A DNA stretch of 63,072 nucleotides, counting the filler, from Octopus bimaculoides (Eukaryota): assembly GCF_001194135.2 (NCBI RefSeq). It is 4 parts of 4 records of this genome, joined end to end, with 100 filler letters (N's around TTAATTAATTAA, not from the genome) between each part and the next. Parts side by side here need not be neighbours in the genome. Positions count along the whole stretch, not along the records: positions 38,770 to 57,100 come from NC_068984.1; 3 more parts are not named here. The stretch is one strand, 5' to 3'. The notes under the pieces are model-generated. The model saw nothing but the letters and a program-made list of their open reading frames with translations. It ran no database searches and had not been told where the DNA came from. The translations under genes were made by a program, and so were the position numbers. Below, one piece after another: positions 38,770 through 48,465 of this stretch. Numbering within the stretch: position 1 is the stretch's first letter; each line of letters opens with the position of its first letter.

Positions 38770-40100
38770 AAGAACGTGCCCGGCGACGCAAGAAAGTGCT
38801 CGGTACCGCAAGAACGTGCCTGGCGCTGCAAGAACGTGTTCGGCGTTGCAAGAGCGCACCTGGCACCACAAGAGCGTGCTTGGGGCCGCAAGAACGTGCC
38901 CGGAGCCATAAGTACGTTCCCCGTATCGCAAGAATGTGCCCGGAAACGTAGGAACGTACTTGCGGCCCCAGGCAAGTACTCACGGCCCCGTCACGTACTT
39001 ACGATGCCAGGGACTTTCTTGCGGCCCCAGGCACGTTCTAGCGTGCCATGTACTTTGTTACTGGATCAGGCACGCTTTTGGGGGCATCACTTACGTTCTT
39101 GCGGTGCCAAACACGTTCTTGCCGCGCTGGGCACGCTCTTGCGGCGCCGGGCATGCTGTTGCGGCGCCGGGCACGTTTTGGCAGCGCTGGGCACGTTCAT
39201 GCAGCACCGGCCACGTTCTTTCGGCGCCGGCTACGTCTTTGCGTCGCCAGGCACGTTCTTGTGACACCGTGCACGCTCCACCGGCGCCAGGCACCTTCTT
39301 GAAGAGCCAGGCAAGTTCTTACAGCCTCAGGCACGGTCTTACGGCCACAGGTACCCTCATAGGGCCTTAGGCCCCTTTTGGAATGCCCGAGGCGTCACTA
39401 ACGCGTTCTTGCGGCGCAGGGCACGTTCTTGCGTAAGCGCCTCAATCCGTACACTATACACTTTTCTACTCACCTTTATTCCCTCTCCTTACTTACCGGT
39501 CTATAGCTATTTTGTCTTAATAACGGTCAACCAAACAGTAATTTCACTTTGTTTAACACGTTCTTGCGGTTTTGGGAACGATTTTGCGGCGCCGGATACG
39601 CTCTTGCGGCGCCGGGCACGTTCTTGCGGTTCCAGGCACGTTCTTGCGACGCCAGGTACGTTCTTACAGCCACGAGCACGTTCTTGCGGTACCAAGCACG
39701 TTATTACGCCCGCAGTCACATTCTTGCGCCGCCGGACACGTTTTCCGGGCGCCGGGCACGTTCTTGCGGCGCCGGGTACGTGCTTGCGGCGCAGGGCACG
39801 TTCTTGCGTAAGCGCACCAATCCGTACACTATACACTTTTCTACTCGCCTTTATTCCCTCTCCTTACTTACCGGTCTATAGCTCTTTTGTCTTAATAACG
39901 GTCAACCAAACGTGTTAAACTTTGTTTAACACGTTCTTGCGGTTTCGGGCACGTGCTTGCTGTTCTAGGGATGTTCTTGCGACGCCAGGTACATTCTTAT
40001 GGCCCCAGGCACGTTCTTTCAGCCCTGGGCACGTTCTTGCAGACCTGGGCACGTTCTTGCGGTACCAGGCATGTTATTACGTCCGCAGTCACATTCTTGC
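38770..40100. repeat. GC-rich 20-bp minisatellite (GCCGGGCACGTTCTTGCGGC) with strand inversion near 38950 and a 375-bp higher-order repeat
   Basis: Period 20 read directly. Reverse units 38770-38950, forward units after that. A unique ~125-bp spacer recurs at 39431 and 39806. Confidence 0.9.
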
Positions 40101-40279
40101 GAAAAATAGACAGGGGGTGACGAACAAAAGTATGCAAAAGCATGAAAAGTACATCCCAATACGAGGATATTCACCTAGAGTAAATCGCATGCACAAAAAA
40201 ACACGATGACTCTGATTATCAAGGTAAAGAACTCTACTCCGGCTTGGTTCGTCAGCTTGCTGGAACATGCTGAGTAGAC

Positions 40280-41010
40280 TCATTTACACAGGCTTTTCTT
40301 GCTACTCTCACTCAACAAATTTGCAATAAATTCACTGGAAGAAAGTATCTCCCTCTCCACTCCCATCTTCCCGTCCAACTGAAACTTGAAGAAAGTAATA
40401 TGGTTTTGGTCAGAGACGTAAGTGTCAGACATTCCAATATTTTCCATCATACAATCTGTTTTGCCATAGCCACTAGAGAGAGAAATTAACTGCCTGCACT
40501 TCCCGGCCAAAGGAAAACAGCGAGTCAGTCCTCACAATGGACATGCTGATGCAATGCCCCTTCAATCAGCCTCTTGGAAACAGATAACTAGATCTGTCTC
40601 TTTACTAAATCTAATCAATACTGCTCCAGGTTTTCTTTTCAACATGACCCTCCACCGGTTGTTAATATTAGCTCTTTGTCAGAAATCCCGCTTGACGAGT
40701 TCGCTATTTCAAACCGTGAAAGATTTTTGTATCAGAAAGAACGTTTACAGTTTCAAGTCGCTGGAGTCCTCTCTCCCAGTCTGCTCGAAGTTGACAGTAC
40801 ATCTCACGAATTGGTGGTCCACGTTGCTAACTATCTGAAATTGTGGAGAGCTTATACTAATCCTATCTGCTAACCTAACGAGTTTTGATATACGTGGAGT
40901 CGGTAATAACACTTTAAAAAACTTTTTAGACATTCTGCTGTGCACAATTCCTGACGAACGTTCGTTATGACAAGAAATATAAATGAGGGCGATATCAAAC
41001 TCCTTCATTT
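40280..41010 (-). mobile_element. Highly decayed retroelement RT fragment, PLE-like
   Basis: QNHITFFKFQ..GKMG...SSEFIANLL weakly resembles PLE RT domain 4; many stops. Confidence 0.35.
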
Positions 41011-41188
41011 ATAAAACTGAAACAGACGTCATGACCAGAGCTGGATGGCTGAAACCAGTAAGAGTAAAAGAATACTAGTTAAAAAATAACTCGCTATAAG
41101 TAGTATATCGAATATATTAAATTACATGCATGTACTAGATTTTTCAATATTCTACTATTTTATAGTGTTGTTGATATTATTGTTAATT

Positions 41189-41590
41189 AAGGTGGCGAGC
41201 TGGCGAAATCATTAGCAGTTTTTTGTCTGTCGTTACGTTCTGAGTTCAAATTCTGCCGAGGTCGACTTTGCCTTTCATCCTTTCGGGGTCGATTAAATAA
41301 GTACCAGTTACGCACTGGGATCGATATAATCGACTTAATCCGTTTGTCTTTCCTTGTTTGTCCCCTCTGTGTGTAGCCCCTTGTGGGCAGTAAAGAAATA
41401 AGAAACGTTAGCACGCTGGGCGATGATGCTTAGCGGTATTTCGTCTGTCTTTACGTTCTGAGTTCAAATTCCGCCGAGGTCGACTTTGCTTTTCGGGTCG
41501 ATAAATTAAGTACCAGTTGCGTATTGGGGCCGATCTAATCGACTGGCCCCGCCCCCAAAATTTCGGACCTTGTGCCTAGAATAGAAAAGG
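41189..41590 (+). mobile_element. Two tandem SINE family C copies
   Basis: Long-tail variant 41189-41400, immediately followed by a standard copy. Confidence 0.85.
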
Positions 41591-41967
41591 ATATTGTTGT
41601 TGATTACCATATCAGCTTTTATTGGATGATCAAAGGTGTTCTAGCTGAGACTATCCAATCTATTTTCAGAACTGCATTTTCCAGTGAGAGATTAGAATAC
41701 GGTTTGAGAGATTAGAATACGGTTTCAGAGATCTTTAACTGCTATCTTTTTAATTACCATACAACTTTGATCAAAGGTGTTCCAGGACTTTGATCAAAGG
41801 CGTTCCAGCCTGGACCATTCCGTCTACTTTTTTAGAACTACGTTATCCAACGTGTCATTCCTTCATTTAGACGTAGGGCATGGTTTGAGGGGCTTTTTTT
41901 TCCTGCAGGTTAAGTAACTATTTTTCAAGATCCCTTACTAGCTTGTTAATGAATTGCCCGTCGTTGA

Positions 41968-42022
41968 CTGTGGTGGTGGTGGCGGCGGTGGCGGTGGTGG
42001 TGGTGGTGGTGGTGGTGGTGGT
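41968..42022. repeat. (GGT)n/(GGC) trinucleotide repeat
   Basis: Read directly. Confidence 0.9.
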
Positions 42023-42154
42023 ATAGCCCCCTGGTTGATCCCTTGTAGTTCATGACATTGTGTAGTGTACAGTTTTGTGTATTAGAGTTAATGAAAGAGC
42101 CTCCATGCAGTCGATCGCCCATTTGCAGCCAAGCCTCCTTCGAAGTTTCAAATT

Positions 42155-42427
42155 TTGACACAAGGCTAGAAATTTCGGAGTGGGAGTTAAGTCGATTATA
42201 TCGGCCCCAATCTCTTTACTAAATCTAATCGATACTGCTCTAAGTTTTCTTTTCAATATGACCTTCCATCGGTTGTTAATAATAACTCCTTGTCTACTTA
42301 TTTTTTCGACCCCGAAGATGAAAGGCAAAGTCAACCCCGGCGACATTTGATCTTAGAACGTAAAGTCTGAAGAAATGCCGTTAAGCATATTTTCCGGCTC
42401 GGTAAGAATTCTGCCAGCTCGCCGACT
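42155..42427 (-). mobile_element. SINE family C with an 84-bp foreign insert
   Basis: Insert 42211-42294 is a diverged copy of 40597-40680. Confidence 0.8.
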
Positions 42428-42601
42428 TAGCATCTTACCAAATTAAAAAACTAAATAATTTATTGCTACTCGTGTCTGGCCCAGACGTGAATAATGTTCT
42501 TAATACAATAATGTAAAAGACAAAAATAATAAAAATAAATAAATAGATAAATAAATAAATAAATAAATAGATAAATAAATAAAGGTGCGAGAATTACTAA
42601 C

Positions 42602-42700
42602 CTGGGGAATATTTCTTACGACTATTCGCTCTTCAAGTTCATCTATGTTAGAAACAACGGGAAACATTTCATCCGGCTCAGAAGCTTGGTCACAATACAT
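42602..42700 (-). CDS. Candidate first coding segment within exon 42602-42815: MYCDQASEPDEMFPVVSNIDELEERIVVRNIPQ
   Basis: Strong acceptor TTTTCTTATTTCTTACTTTGTTTTCTAG| and donor CAG|GTTAGT. ATG has G at -3 and an in-frame upstream stop. RIVVRNIP resembles an RRM RNP2 strand. Confidence 0.5.
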
Positions 42701-43007
42701 TGCGGCTTTGTGGTTTGTTTATAGTCAATCTATTCTTAGTTCAATGAGCAACATCTGAATGACTCTCTTATTAGCAGTAGTCACGAATGGCATTTATCAA
42801 CATATTGATATTCTCCTAGAAAACAAAGTAAGAAATAAGAAAAACCCTTCATAACAGATGTTTTTCCAAGTTAATTCGTTAAGTCAGTGATTTTTTCTTC
42901 TTTTTCTAAAATTATTCGCAAATACAGTATAAAACGCTTAATATTGACTATTTTATAAGTATTAGCTATTAACTTCATTCCTTTCTGCCTTTCTTATATT
43001 TCTCTCT

Positions 43008-43052
<45 letters not shown>

Positions 43053-43059
43053 AATAAAA

Positions 43060-43360
43060 AGTTTTGAATGGTACAACAATGCACTATAATACAAAAAATG
43101 GACTATCTATCTGTTGTAATTTAGTTATCCATAGTCCGATGATATTTCAGAATACAATTCCTTCTTCAGATATTCTTAGATGGAGTTGCTGCTGTAATCT
43201 GTTTTCCAACGGCTTTTCTTTTTTCGGAAGCGTCTCAGCAGTTGTCTCACGAAGCTCCTTCTGGAATTCCTCATGAGAAGTACGTGAGGTCGGCTATGTC
43301 TCAATCTCGTGTGTGTTGGTACATCTGTAGCGCTGCTTCTAAGTTATGTATCATACGTGC
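43060..43360 (-). mobile_element. Unclassified DNA-transposon-like repeat; inverted copy at 45680-46375
   Basis: CTTAGAAGCAGCGCT...GAGGAATTCC...ACGCTTCCGAAAAAA is shared between the two copies. Confidence 0.6.
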
Positions 43361-43889
43361 AGCTTCCTTATTTTCCCCCTTTTATTTCCTCTTCTCTTTT
43401 TTTGTTATAAACAATAGATGAGCATATCAAAAATGAACCTACGTGCATCCAGATGTAACTGAATGATATATTGATTACCAACCTCCAGCCTGTTATTAAT
43501 TTGGGGTCCTAGGCTGTGTATGAGTATAGCTTCCTTAATTCTTAAATTACCCAAATTTCGTTCATTGGCCTCAATTGTGACTGTTATGCTTTTGTCAGTG
43601 TTCCGGCATCTGTCTAGATGTTTTCTGAAGGAAATATGGCAAATGAAAGATGGAAGATGGAATATATGAGAATTTATTCTTAATCACGATAATTGTTTCA
43701 ACACATCTAGCATCGATTCTTTTCTGCCTTTCTTTTTTTTTCTCTATTTTATATACATACATACATACAAACGCGCACGCGCACACGCACGCACGCACAC
43801 ACACATATATATATAAATATATATACACAGACATACATACATATACATATATATAGATATATATATATATACACATATATCTATACATT

Positions 43890-43929
<40 letters not shown>

Positions 43930-44207
43930 NNNNNNNNNNNNNNNNNNNNNNNNNNNNNNNNNNNNNNNNNNNNNNNNNNNNNNNNNNNNNNNNNNNNNNN
44001 NNNNNNNNNNNNNNNNNNNNNNNNNNNNNNNNNNNNNNNNNNNNNNNNNNNNNNNNNNNNNNNNNNNNNNNNNNNNNNNNNNNNNNNNNNNNNNNNNNNN
44101 NNNNNNNNNNNNNNNNNNNNNNNNNNNNNNNNNNNNNNNNNNNNNNNNNNNNNNNNNNNNNNNNNNNNNNNNNNNNNNNNNNNNNNNNNNNNNNNNNNNN
44201 NNNNNNN

Positions 44208-44242
<35 letters not shown>

Positions 44243-44249
44243 GAGGTGA

Positions 44250-44460
44250 ACAGACACATCCGTTTTGTGGTTACTGTGAAAAAGATGATGAAATCAACCG
44301 AGCAAGGGTTAAGTTAAGAGTATTGTCCCTTGGTACCAAAAACACCATCACTAGGGGTGTTGCAAATTGGAAAGTGTTTTCTAGAAAAGAGTTTATGGGA
44401 AATGTGTGTATCTTTAAGGTCGGTGCTCTTGTAGAAATGGAATGTGTGTAGTGGTACAAT
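44250..44460 (-). mobile_element. Decayed PLE RT fragment
   Basis: FLENTFQF...NLTLARL resembles the PLE motif ILENNYFEF...ANL.M. Confidence 0.35.
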
Positions 44461-44682
44461 ATGTATAGCGTTTGCGGGGAGGGGCACAGGGCGCATACAC
44501 ATGTGTATTCGTTAGTGTTTTCTTTCTTGTATGTTTTGATTAAATTCTTGGGGCGTTTATGTGTGCATGTGGTGTGTGTAGGGGTACAATATGTGTGGGG
44601 CCTTATATTAGGGGTGGAATGGAAAATGACCTCTTGGAGCCAAGGATGTGGCAGTTTAACAAGGTACAGAGGATAGGGTAGA

Positions 44683-45165
44683 GACGCTAGCGAAGAAAGA
44701 AGCCTTTATTACAATCAAGGACCATAAATCATACTTTGCCTCTAACCTCAAGTGCAGACTGATAAACCTTGTGAAATCTGAGATCGGACAGGTGAGCAAA
44801 CAGCTCATCAGGAAGATCAATAACGGCGTTAGAAATGCTTCTGGCCCTATAGCGTAGCACCAGCGAGGTCATAACATGGTTTAAAACCAATAGCGGAAGG
44901 AGTAGAGCTAAATTTACCCAATTCGATATAGTGTACTTTTACTCATCTATTTCTTGGGAGCTCCTTTTTAAGGCACTGGACTTTGCTAGGTCCTACACTG
45001 AAGTTAGTGACGAGGACATACGCATTATCACGCACACCAGAAGAACTCTACTCTTCGGTAAGGGGTTGGCTTGGGCCAAACGTACTGACCCAGAAGGCTC
45101 CTTCGACATAATTAAGGGCGCTTTTGACAGTGCTGATGTGTGTGACCTCGTTGGTTTTGTAGTGG
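44683..45165 (+). mobile_element. Penelope-like element RT fragment, decayed
   Basis: AFITIKDHKSYF...CRLINLVKSEIGQVSK; VITWF...FTQFDIVYFYSSISWELLFKALDFA; LLF..AWAK...FDIIKGAFDSADVCDLVG. Confidence 0.8.
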
Positions 45166-45364
45166 CGCGAAATTATGGCCGCCATTAAGGAAGTACAATC
45201 TACGCATGCGCAAGGGACTTGCCTTCCCGAAAGCCCCTCGAGTGCGCATGCGTAGTAAAATCAGTACTTAAAGAGTTTCTTTCACTTTCTAAGCTTCTTG
45301 AGCGCGATGACTTCGATGTAACAGCTACTTGCTCCTCAATACATACTGAGAAAATTCATTCTAT

Positions 45365-45607
45365 TTGTTTATATACATCTATACAAGACCTTTACACATT
45401 CGCATCAAAGAACATCTAAACACACAAGCCTCCTCCTTCAGAAAACATCTAGACGGATGCTGGAACACCGACAAAAGCATAACAGTCACAGTTGAGGCCA
45501 ATGACAAAAATTTGAGAAATCTAAGAATTAAGGAATCTATCCTCATAGACAGAATAGGGCCCCAAATTAACAACAGGTTAGAAATTAGCAATCAATATAT
45601 TATTTAG
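45365..45607 (+). mobile_element. GIY-YIG endonuclease C-terminal half of a PLE
   Basis: TRPLHIRIKEHL..QASSFRKH...LRIKESILIDRIGPQINNRLE. Confidence 0.8.
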
Positions 45608-45893
45608 CTATATCTGGATGCGTGTAAGTTCATTTCTGGTAACATGCTCATGTATTATATGGAAAAAAAATGTTCGTACAATACATATCTTAGAAGCAGC
45701 GCTGCGGATATGCCAACACACAAGAGCTCGAAACATGGCCGCCTTCATGCACTTGTGATGAGGAATTCCGGAAAAAGCTTCGTCAGACCACTGCAGACAC
45801 GCTTCCGAAAAAAAAATGTCAGTAACCATTGGAAAACCGATTATAGAAGTGACTCGATTAATTCCTATCATTATCCGAAGAAAGAATTTTTAT

Positions 45894-46218
45894 GTGATGG
45901 TATGTTGCCAACTTAATGTGGCAGTCCCATGAAAGGGAAGAATGCTACTGCTATTTAGCCCTAGGAAATATCGTTTCGAGTTGGCCATGACACGTTTTCT
46001 GTGTCCTTATGTTTTCAAAGGGGAAATAAGCAGCTCCACCCAGCAAAGCCAGCATCCAGAGATTAGTTTCAGAGTCATTGCTCATTATCCCCTTTGAAAA
46101 CATAAGGACACAGAAAATGTGTCATGGCCAACCGGAAACGGTGTTTCCTAGGGCTAAATAACAGTAGCATTTTCCCCTTTCATGAGACTGCCACATTAAG
46201 CTGGCAACAAACCATCAC
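45894..46218. mobile_element. Foldback element: ~135-bp inverted arms, ~55-bp spacer, candidate 5-bp TSD TTTAT
   Basis: GTGATGGTATGTTGCCAACTTAATGTGGCAG...TTTTCAAAGGG mirrored by CCCTTTGAAAA...CTGCCACATTAAGCTGGCAACAAACCATCAC. Confidence 0.88.
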
Positions 46219-48338
46219 TTTATTGTGCTGCTACTGTATAAATCTCTCTGAGAGATTTAGAATTGTAATATTTCTAGGAATTTTTATATTCCGAAATTTT
46301 ATATCAGACTTTGAATAATCAAATTATAACAGTTATTATAGTCCACTCTACATTATTGTGCCATTCAAGATACGTTATATTTTACAAACATTACACAATG
46401 CTTCCAGGGAATTACAATACCCTCCTATGCTTATTATGTATGAATGTATGCATGAACAAGTATGCGTGTGCGTGTGCGTAAATTCCTGTACGTGTGTATT
46501 TATATTTGCATATATACGTATGTGAGCGAGTATATCCATGTGTGTATATGGATGCATGCGACCATATGCATGTACAAGTTTTGTTGTATCGATGCAGATT
46601 ATACGCACGCAAGCGCATGTGTATGTGCACATATATACGCACATAATTACGTGTATATATATGTATATGAGTGTTCGTATACTATTAATTGGTAACTCAA
46701 GTCTGTTAACCCCAAAATTTCATAAAAACCGGTAAACGTTTAAGTTTTTATTTTTTTCAGATTGTCTTAGCATATTTAATAGTGTACGCGTCATTTTTTC
46801 AGCCTTTTTTATGCCCTTTAAAATTTAAAACTATAAAATCAACATTTTTAAACTCTAAAGCGAAAACGAATTATACTTTTTAGGTTCCAAAGCCCTTTAA
46901 AAGACAAAAAAAGCTGATTTTATAGTTTTGGCACTTTTTAAGCCTTTAGTGTTTAAACCAGCCAAAACCCGTTATATCTAATTCCTCTACGAAATCTTTA
47001 AAAAAAATAAACAGATCACGTTAGTGAATTCTCGTAGCTTTGAGATAATATGAGGGCTTTTCTTCCAGAAAGCACAGAATTGGATTTTCTTTCAGAAAGC
47101 ACAGAACTGGGAGAAAAGCAAAATTAACTGAGGTAGATGTCAACAGAGAAAATATTAACTTCCATAAAGTGGAAAAAATAAATGGAAGGAAAAAAGTTGG
47201 TAAATATTTCGGTGTGAACGCAAATAGCTGCTGCTAGAAATAGATGCTAAATCTTTCCTTTTACGCGTGATTTTGATGTCATATTCGTTGAAAGCATGTA
47301 AAATAATCTGGAAAACAAAAATAAAACAACGCGAAACAAAACTCCATTGGTGGGAAACTTCGAGGTCCCCATCACCCCACCCGCCTTTCTTTTCCAGGAA
47401 AAAGTGGCTTGCGGCAGTTTTGGAGGTCAGATACGTTGAATGCACTGGAAAAAATTTGAGGAAAAAATTATTCCACATCAAAGTACGAAATATTTACCGA
47501 AAGAATAAGATCTTGTACCGATTATACCTGTATTTTAATTAATTCAAATTAATGTACTTCATTTTGAAAAGTAGCAAAATTTTTGTCGGTTGCCATCTGG
47601 GATAATTTTACTAACAAATCAAACAAGTAGGACGCATTATGAATTCAATTTTAGTGTTTATCCATAATTTTATTGCTTTTACACCTGTTACTTAAATTTA
47701 GGTGCCCATAAAAGTCAAATTTACTCAGCAAAATCAGCTAAAATTACATACCAATAAACCAGTAGTATTATAAAGAATTCACTGACAAAATTTCAAATCC
47801 GTATGTAAAAAATTTACAAACTTACAAGCAATTATTGTGGATACCCCTCTTGAAACTGAATAATTCAAAATAACGTGGACAAATAAAGCATTACATTTGA
47901 CAGATTAATATGAACACTAAAGATTCTTAGTGTGTGTACACACACACACACTAAGAACTCATAAATCTGAAGAAAATGCCCTCGTATATTTGTCAGTTGA
48001 GTGGGTATATTAATCGAAATCTACAATATTATATATCCTTTACGGCTGATCTTACCTATTGATTTCGCTCTAGTGTTCAACAGAGTGTTAGGTAACAGTC
48101 CGATTATGTAACCACTACATANNNNNNNNNNNNNNNNNNNNNNNNNNNNNNNNNNNNNNNNNNNNNNNNNNNNNNNNNNNNNNNNNNNNNNNNNNNNNNN
48201 NNNNNNNNNNNNNNNNNNNNNNNNNNATATATATACATGTATCAAAGCAAGGGATTGAAAAAATATTGGTTTCTGATTCATTCACAAAGACGATATAAAC
48301 ATTTTTAAAGCCCATTAAAAACTAAACAAAGTATTATA

Positions 48339-48465
48339 CAGGGTGTTCACAAAGTCTGGGTACATGCGGATTAACACATACTTTAAGAAATTATTATTTT
48401 TTATATTTAATTGTTTATGTTATGATTTTATTTACTCCATGTAGCCAGACTTTGTAGACACCCTG
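48339..48465. mobile_element. 127-bp Tc1/mariner MITE
   Basis: TIRs CAGGGTGTTCACAAAGTCTGGGTACATG and CATGTAGCCAGACTTTGTAGACACCCTG; TA TSDs. Confidence 0.9.

Noticed and set aside
38776-39918. Long ORFs with ARSCGAGHVLAAPGTFLRRR repeats
   Set aside because: A stop-free 20-bp satellite yields 20-aa repeats on both strands; there are no splice signals or homology to support coding.
38770-40100. CRISPR-like repeat array
   Set aside because: Units are contiguous without unique spacers, there are no cas genes, and the context is eukaryotic.
45754-45790. Possible hammerhead GTGATGA-GGAATTCC-GGAAAAAGCTT next to the GIY-YIG fragment
   Set aside because: The homologous copy near 43250 lacks the core (CTCATGA...CAGAAGG), and C3 and the GAAA spacing are wrong.
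46827-46929. 15-bp perfect inverted repeat AAAACTATAAAATCA
   Set aside because: Low-complexity AT sequence with no TSD or family evidence.
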